From Terrimicrobiaceae bacterium (GTDB lineage Bacteria > Verrucomicrobiota > Verrucomicrobiia > Chthoniobacterales > JAATET01), in the NCBI GenBank assembly GCA_041689405.1, contig JBDNGG010000143.1, forward strand, positions 1 to 43,189: a DNA stretch of 43,189 bases. The letters run 5' to 3'. Positions 38,717 to 43,189 of the stretch are shown here, in pieces; the first letter of the stretch is position 1, and each line of letters begins with the position of its first letter. A model generated the notes under the pieces. The model ran no database searches. It was not told the DNA's origin and saw nothing but the letters and a program-made list of their open reading frames with translations. Position numbers and translations under genes: made by a program.

Positions 38717-39309
38717 GATAGAAAAAACGCTGCGAGATCTCTATGCACCCGAGCTGAAAACAAAGGCCAAATGTGCGCGGGAACATGGCATTTAGAAAAA
38801 CGGGTAGCGCGCTGCCACCGCGCACTGGTCGCAGGAAGCACCATGAGATCTCCGGGTGTCCAGACGGCAAGCGTCTCAATGCACCACGCAGCAGCCTCCA
38901 TGCGCGCGAGAAATTCACACCCCGGTCGCATTTGGGAAATCCCGATGCCTGGCAGCCACCGCGCCAACTGCGACCCTCCATGTGGCGTATTGACAAATGC
39001 AACCTTGCGCACGACCAGATCTGCGCAGTCACAGATGGCAGAACGGATCACCAGGCCACCCATGCTGTAGCCGACGAGGTTGACCGGGCCCGCCTGAGCC
39101 TGAATCGTCTCTGCCAGCCGGCGACCCTCGCCAACAAGACAGGCAAAGCCGCTGCTGTTGTAAGCAAAGGTCTCGACGCGCTCCATACCGGCCTGCTCCA
39201 AGCGCCGACGCATAATTTTCATGCGCACGGGGTTTCCCCATAAGCCATCGAGAAGGATCGTCCGCCGAGCGGGCTCAAGCGCGGGAGTGGGTGGATCAGA
39301 TCGATTCAT
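38713..39309 (-). CDS. Lipase-like alpha/beta hydrolase
   Basis: GYSMGG nucleophile elbow, TPHGGS, DLMVLP. Confidence 0.85.
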   Translation of the reverse strand: MNRSDPPTPALEPARRTILLDGLWGNPVRMKIMRRRLEQAGMERVETFAYNSSGFACLVGEGRRLAETIQAQAGPVNLVGYSMGGLVIRSAICDCADLVVRKVAFVNTPHGGSQLARWLPGIGISQMRPGCEFLARMEAAAWCIETLAVWTPGDLMVLPATSARWQRATRFSKCHVPAHIWPLFSARVHRDLAAFFLS

Positions 39310-39418
39310 GGCGTCGGCTGAGAGTCCTTCCGGTCTGCTGTAGTGTCAAAAATATTCGGTATCCTCTCGGGTTCGCCTTGCCTCAGCGGATGGGATCGAG
39401 TGAAGTCATCGAACCATC

Positions 39419-39958
39419 ATGTTGGAAGATATTCGAAAAGTCCTATTTCACGAATCCACTATCCTGAGCCGCCTCGACGAGCTTGCGCACGAGATTTCCA
39501 CCGACTACCAAGGCAAGGATCTCACGGTGATCGCAATTCTCAACGGGAGCTTTATTTTCATGGCTGATTTGCTGCGACGGGTTCCGTTGCCGCTTCAGGT
39601 GGATTGCTTGAGCGTGGCAAGCTATCACGGCACCCAATCTTCTGGTGAGCTTCACTTCCGACAGTCGTCGCTCGCAAATTTTCAAGACAGGCATGTCCTT
39701 GTCCTGGATGATATTCTCGATAGTGGAGTGACATTGCATGGCATTCGGGAAAGACTCAGCTCCGGCGGAGCAATGAGTATCCGCACCTGCGTGCTGTTGC
39801 GGAAAGCCGTGGAGCGTGCACGGGAAATCGACGCGGATTATGTCGGGTTCGATATCCCCAATGAATTTGTCGTTGGGTATGGGCTCGACTACATGGAGCG
39901 GTATCGCAACTTACCTTTTGTTGGTGTGCTCAACGAGGCCGCCATCGCACGAAAATGA
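39419..39958 (+). CDS. hpt: Hypoxanthine phosphoribosyltransferase
   Basis: ILNGSFIFMADL, VLVLDDILDSGVTL, FVVGYGLDY..RYRNLP. Confidence 0.96.
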   Translation: MLEDIRKVLFHESTILSRLDELAHEISTDYQGKDLTVIAILNGSFIFMADLLRRVPLPLQVDCLSVASYHGTQSSGELHFRQSSLANFQDRHVLVLDDILDSGVTLHGIRERLSSGGAMSIRTCVLLRKAVERAREIDADYVGFDIPNEFVVGYGLDYMERYRNLPFVGVLNEAAIARK

Positions 39959-40188
39959 TTGTCCGTGTCGAGTGTATGGGGCGGATCCATGAGGCCACTG
40001 GGCTTCACGAGATAATTGCAGACATTGCTTCGCCTGCGACGGTGGCCGTGCTTCTGGATCAACTAGGTATTCAGTTTCCCGAGTTAGCGACGTTCCGGGG
40101 CAGATTGAGTATTCTCGCCGGACTGGATTATGTTGACGAATCCCACCCTTTGTCTGCAGACGAGACGATTTCACTCACAGTTGAATAG
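39955..40188 (+). CDS. MoaD/ThiS-like beta-grasp protein lacking the C-terminal Gly-Gly
   Basis: V.V...G.I.EATG, ATVA.LL..L...FPEL, YV....PL...E; ends SLTVE; ATGA overlap with hpt. Confidence 0.65.
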   Translation: MIVRVECMGRIHEATGLHEIIADIASPATVAVLLDQLGIQFPELATFRGRLSILAGLDYVDESHPLSADETISLTVE

Positions 40189-40268
40189 CTTCTTCACGCG
40201 GCGGAAATCTCCAAGATTGAGAGTTGATAATTCGGTTCGGACGCCTAGCTTCGCGACAGCGTATTACT

Positions 40269-41207
40269 ATGAAATCTTGTGATCTTAGAAAACTGTGTGC
40301 TCTGATGGCCCTGATATTGGTTTCGGGCTGGGCTGGCAATCTTCGCGCGGCCGAGAGCTTTATTATCGTCGATTCCCAGACGGGGGTCATTCTTGCTTCG
40401 AGCAAACCGGATAAGCGGCGGCAGATCGCGAGTTTAACGAAGATCGCAACGGCCGTGCTTGTTCTCGATTGGGCGCGTCTCACGACGGCGGATCTCAACG
40501 AGGTCGTGGCAGTGCCACCGGCTGCAGCGGGTGTGGGCGGGGTCAACCAGACGGGGCTCGTCGCAGGAGACATGGTTTCTATGCGGGACCTGCTCTATGC
40601 GGCTCTGATGGCCTCGGACAATATTTCTGCAGAAACACTGGCTCATCACGTCGGGCGCCGGTTGCCGAATCCGAACAATCTCTCGTCATCGCTGAATTTT
40701 GTTTCGCACATGAACGGGCTTGCCTTCGAGCTTGGGATGCGGCGCACGAAGTTTGAAAACGCCAGCGGCCTGGATCATGTCCCGAAAAGGCTGCCGCATT
40801 CGACGGCCGCCGATTTGGCACGCCTCACCCGCTACGCCTATTCGCAGTCTGCATTCGCCTTTTACGTCGCTCAGAAAAAGCGGGACATTCACGTGTCGCG
40901 GGATGGTCAAAATATCGACGTCTGGCTGACCAACACCAATTCGCTTCTCGGACAGGATGATATCGACGGTGTCAAAACCGGTCGTACAGCACGTGCTGGT
41001 GATTGTATTGTCCTTTCCGCTGACAAATCACCGGAGACCAGCCAGGAGGGAAATCAGGTGCTGATCACGCCTCGGCGTGTGATTGTGGTTTTGCTGGGTT
41101 CTCAGGACCGGGCGGCAGAGGGATTGAGCACCATGCGTCGAGGTTGGCGGCTTTACGACGAATGGGCTGTGGGCGGGCGCAAAATGCCTAAATCCAAGCT
41201 CCTCTGA
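40269..41207 (+). CDS. D-alanyl-D-alanine carboxypeptidase (peptidase S11)
   Basis: IASLTK (SxxK), SDN (SxN), KTG; signal peptide; start placed at ATG 40269. Confidence 0.9.
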   Translation: MKSCDLRKLCALMALILVSGWAGNLRAAESFIIVDSQTGVILASSKPDKRRQIASLTKIATAVLVLDWARLTTADLNEVVAVPPAAAGVGGVNQTGLVAGDMVSMRDLLYAALMASDNISAETLAHHVGRRLPNPNNLSSSLNFVSHMNGLAFELGMRRTKFENASGLDHVPKRLPHSTAADLARLTRYAYSQSAFAFYVAQKKRDIHVSRDGQNIDVWLTNTNSLLGQDDIDGVKTGRTARAGDCIVLSADKSPETSQEGNQVLITPRRVIVVLLGSQDRAAEGLSTMRRGWRLYDEWAVGGRKMPKSKLL

Positions 41208-41255
41208 GCCAAGGCTCGACGCATCCAGCTGCGGGCGGTATCGTCAAGGGATTAT

Positions 41256-42329
41256 ATGGCAACTAAACGCATTGGGATATTAACGAGCGGCGGGGATTGT
41301 CCGGGCCTTAACGCGGTGATCCGAGCTGTTGTTCGATCCTCCGACAAGCTCGGCTGGGAAGTGGTCGGAATCAAAGAGGGGTTCGAGGGCCTGTTGCCGC
41401 CGATCGATCACATGATGCTGGATCGACAGAATACGGCGGGGATCATGCATCTCGGCGGAACGATGCTTGGCACGACGAACCGGGGTCACTTCCTGTCCAA
41501 AAGCCATCCCGGCACCGGGCTGGCACCGGATGTGATAGCTAAAGCCCGCAAGACCATGCAAACCCTGCATATCGAAGGGCTCATTGTGGTCGGTGGGAAT
41601 GGGTCTCTGGGTACGGCATTGCGGCTTTTTGAGGCAGGATTTCCCGTTATTGGAGTGCCTAAGACGATCGACAACGACTTGGAGGCCACCGCGATGACTT
41701 TTGGTTTTGACTCCGCCGTCGCTTGTGTTGCGGATGCACTCGACCGGCTGCACACCACTGCAACGAGCCACAAACGAATCATGGTCCTGGAAGTAATGGG
41801 ACGGCATACCGGGTGGATTGCTCTGCATGGCGGTCTTGCAGGGGGAGCAGATGTGATTTTAATTCCTGAGATCCCATTTCAACTGGATAAAATTGCAGAC
41901 GAAGTACGTCGCCGCGATGAAATGGGCTCCCGGAGCACGATGATTGTCGTCGCGGAGGGTGCGTTTCCTGCGGACGGTCGGCCCTTCCGTCAGTCCTTTG
42001 GCGGCAGAGAGCAGCGCCTCGGTGGCATTGGGGAATTTGTCTGTTATGAAATCGGAAGGCGCACGGGAAAAGAGTCCCGGAATTGTGTGCTCGGTCACCT
42101 CCAGCGCGGAGGTGCTCCCACGTCGGCAGATCGGATCCTCGGAACACGCTTTGGGGTGAAAGCGGTGCAACTCATCGCCGAAGGAAAATTCGGCTCCATG
42201 GTGAGTTATAATAATAATGACACCGAAGACGTTCCAATTTCGCATGCGGTGCATCGGTTGCGGACGGTGCCGGTTGCCTCCCAAATTGTCCAAAGTGCTC
42301 GCGATGTCGAAATCATCTTCGGCGATTAG
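41256..42329 (+). CDS. pfkA: 6-phosphofructokinase
   Basis: TSGGDCPGLN, GGNGS, PKTIDND, EVMGR, LGHLQRGG. Confidence 0.95.
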   Translation: MATKRIGILTSGGDCPGLNAVIRAVVRSSDKLGWEVVGIKEGFEGLLPPIDHMMLDRQNTAGIMHLGGTMLGTTNRGHFLSKSHPGTGLAPDVIAKARKTMQTLHIEGLIVVGGNGSLGTALRLFEAGFPVIGVPKTIDNDLEATAMTFGFDSAVACVADALDRLHTTATSHKRIMVLEVMGRHTGWIALHGGLAGGADVILIPEIPFQLDKIADEVRRRDEMGSRSTMIVVAEGAFPADGRPFRQSFGGREQRLGGIGEFVCYEIGRRTGKESRNCVLGHLQRGGAPTSADRILGTRFGVKAVQLIAEGKFGSMVSYNNNDTEDVPISHAVHRLRTVPVASQIVQSARDVEIIFGD

Positions 42330-42347
42330 AAAACAGAATATTTTCTT

Positions 42348-42875
42348 ATGAACTCACTGGACATCCTCCGTAGCGCCATCCGAGACGTGCCGGACTTTCC
42401 CAAACCGGGCATCGTTTTCAAAGACATCACGCCCGTGCTCTCGGATCCTCAGTTGTTCAAATTGGTGATCCAACATTTCGTGCAGCAATGTGCCGGAAAA
42501 AACATCGACAAGGTCGCGGGCATTGATGCACGCGGGTTTCTCTTTGGCGCCACCGTGGCACATGAGATGGGCATTGGGTTTATTCCAGTCCGCAAAAAAG
42601 GAAAACTCCCCTTCACGACCATCTCGCATAGCTACGCGCTCGAATATGGCGAGGCGGAGATTGAGATCCACACGGACGCTGTCACTCACGGCGAGCGCGT
42701 GGTCGTTATCGACGATCTGCTAGCCACGGGAGGCACCGCCAGTGCTTCGATCCGCCTCTTGGAAAAACTAGGTGCGCAGGTCGTGCAGGCTCAGTTTCTT
42801 ATTGAGTTGGCATTTTTGGACGGCCGCGCCGTGCTGGACCACACGCCGGTGCTCTCGCTCATCAAATTCGATTGA
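42348..42875 (+). CDS. apt: Adenine phosphoribosyltransferase
   Basis: [38 protein letters not shown]. Confidence 0.97.
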   Translation: MNSLDILRSAIRDVPDFPKPGIVFKDITPVLSDPQLFKLVIQHFVQQCAGKNIDKVAGIDARGFLFGATVAHEMGIGFIPVRKKGKLPFTTISHSYALEYGEAEIEIHTDAVTHGERVVVIDDLLATGGTASASIRLLEKLGAQVVQAQFLIELAFLDGRAVLDHTPVLSLIKFD

Positions 42876-42917
42876 TTCTGCTGCGGTTGTCACGCGAGAT
42901 GCGGATGCTGGCTTTGG

Positions 42918-42944
42918 ACAGAATTTACAGAAAGGACAGAATGG
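42918..42944. repeat. 3x 9-mer array (ACAGAA core)
   Basis: ACAGAATTT ACAGAAAGG ACAGAATGG. Confidence 0.6.
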
Positions 42945-42970
42945 AAATGCAAGAAAATGCACACTCACCC

Positions 42971-43183
42971 GAATGGCACTAACTTAAGCCACCAAGCACC
43001 AACGGTGCGCCCCATACCAGCTCAGGGCAACGCCCTGGTATGTAAATAGTTACAACACCAGCCCTGAGCCGAAGCGAAGCGGAGACAGCCTGCCGAATGG
43101 CAGCCCCGAAGGGGTGAGCAAAGCGAAGCAACGGGCGACCCAATCCGGAATCGTCCCAAATCCGCCTTAACTTAGTGCCATTC
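42971..43183. mobile_element. MITE/REP-like non-coding element with 18-bp terminal inverted repeats and internal hairpins
   Basis: GAATGGCACTAACTTAAG (42971-42988) vs CTTAACTTAGTGCCATTC (43166-43183), 17/18 complementary; hairpins GCACC-AAC-GGTGC, CAGGGC-AAC-GCCCTG, CTGCC-GAAT-GGCAG, CCCC-GAA-GGGG. Confidence 0.7.
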
Positions 43184-43189
43184 CACACT

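Noticed and set aside
42960-43189. CACACT as a target-site duplication of the terminal element
   Set aside because: The left copy is 5 nt from the TIR and the right copy runs into the window edge, so it cannot be established.

Overview
43.2 kb of bacterial chromosome, probably Verrucomicrobiota (inferred from the prs-rplY-pth-rpsF-ssb order, protein style and repeat types; not proven). Most of it is housekeeping: avtA, SulP+Usp, prs/rplY/pth/rpsF/ssb, bioD, proA, hup, dcd, a CbiX-like chelatase, a KamA-family radical SAM enzyme, xth, ispH, hpt, a D,D-carboxypeptidase, pfkA, apt and tRNA-Ala(CGC). Four small accessory patches interrupt it. (1) 1-1830 holds a tandem-9-mer hairpin, a REP-like unit, a Y1/RAYT transposase remnant and an AAA+ ATPase. 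(2) 14.67-18.3 kb is a type III R-M locus collapsed by deletions. It still carries an intact-looking nucleotidyltransferase/small-protein pair and an orphan antitoxin-like gene, and it is fused to a broken alpha/beta-hydrolase. (3) 29.3-30.3 kb, beside tRNA-Ala, has a four-helix-bundle gene bracketed by direct and inverted 9-mer arrays and coupled to an hsdM remnant. (4) 42.9-43.2 kb is a nested miniature element with terminal inverted repeats. Best leads: the repeat-bracketed four-helix-bundle cassette and related 'empty' arrays; an MfpsA-like synthase followed by a phosphatase-GH100 fusion; a ~145 nt promoter-preceded rod-like RNA upstream of proA; and a three-way-junction leader before SulP. 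All family calls come from motif recognition by eye, with no database search.
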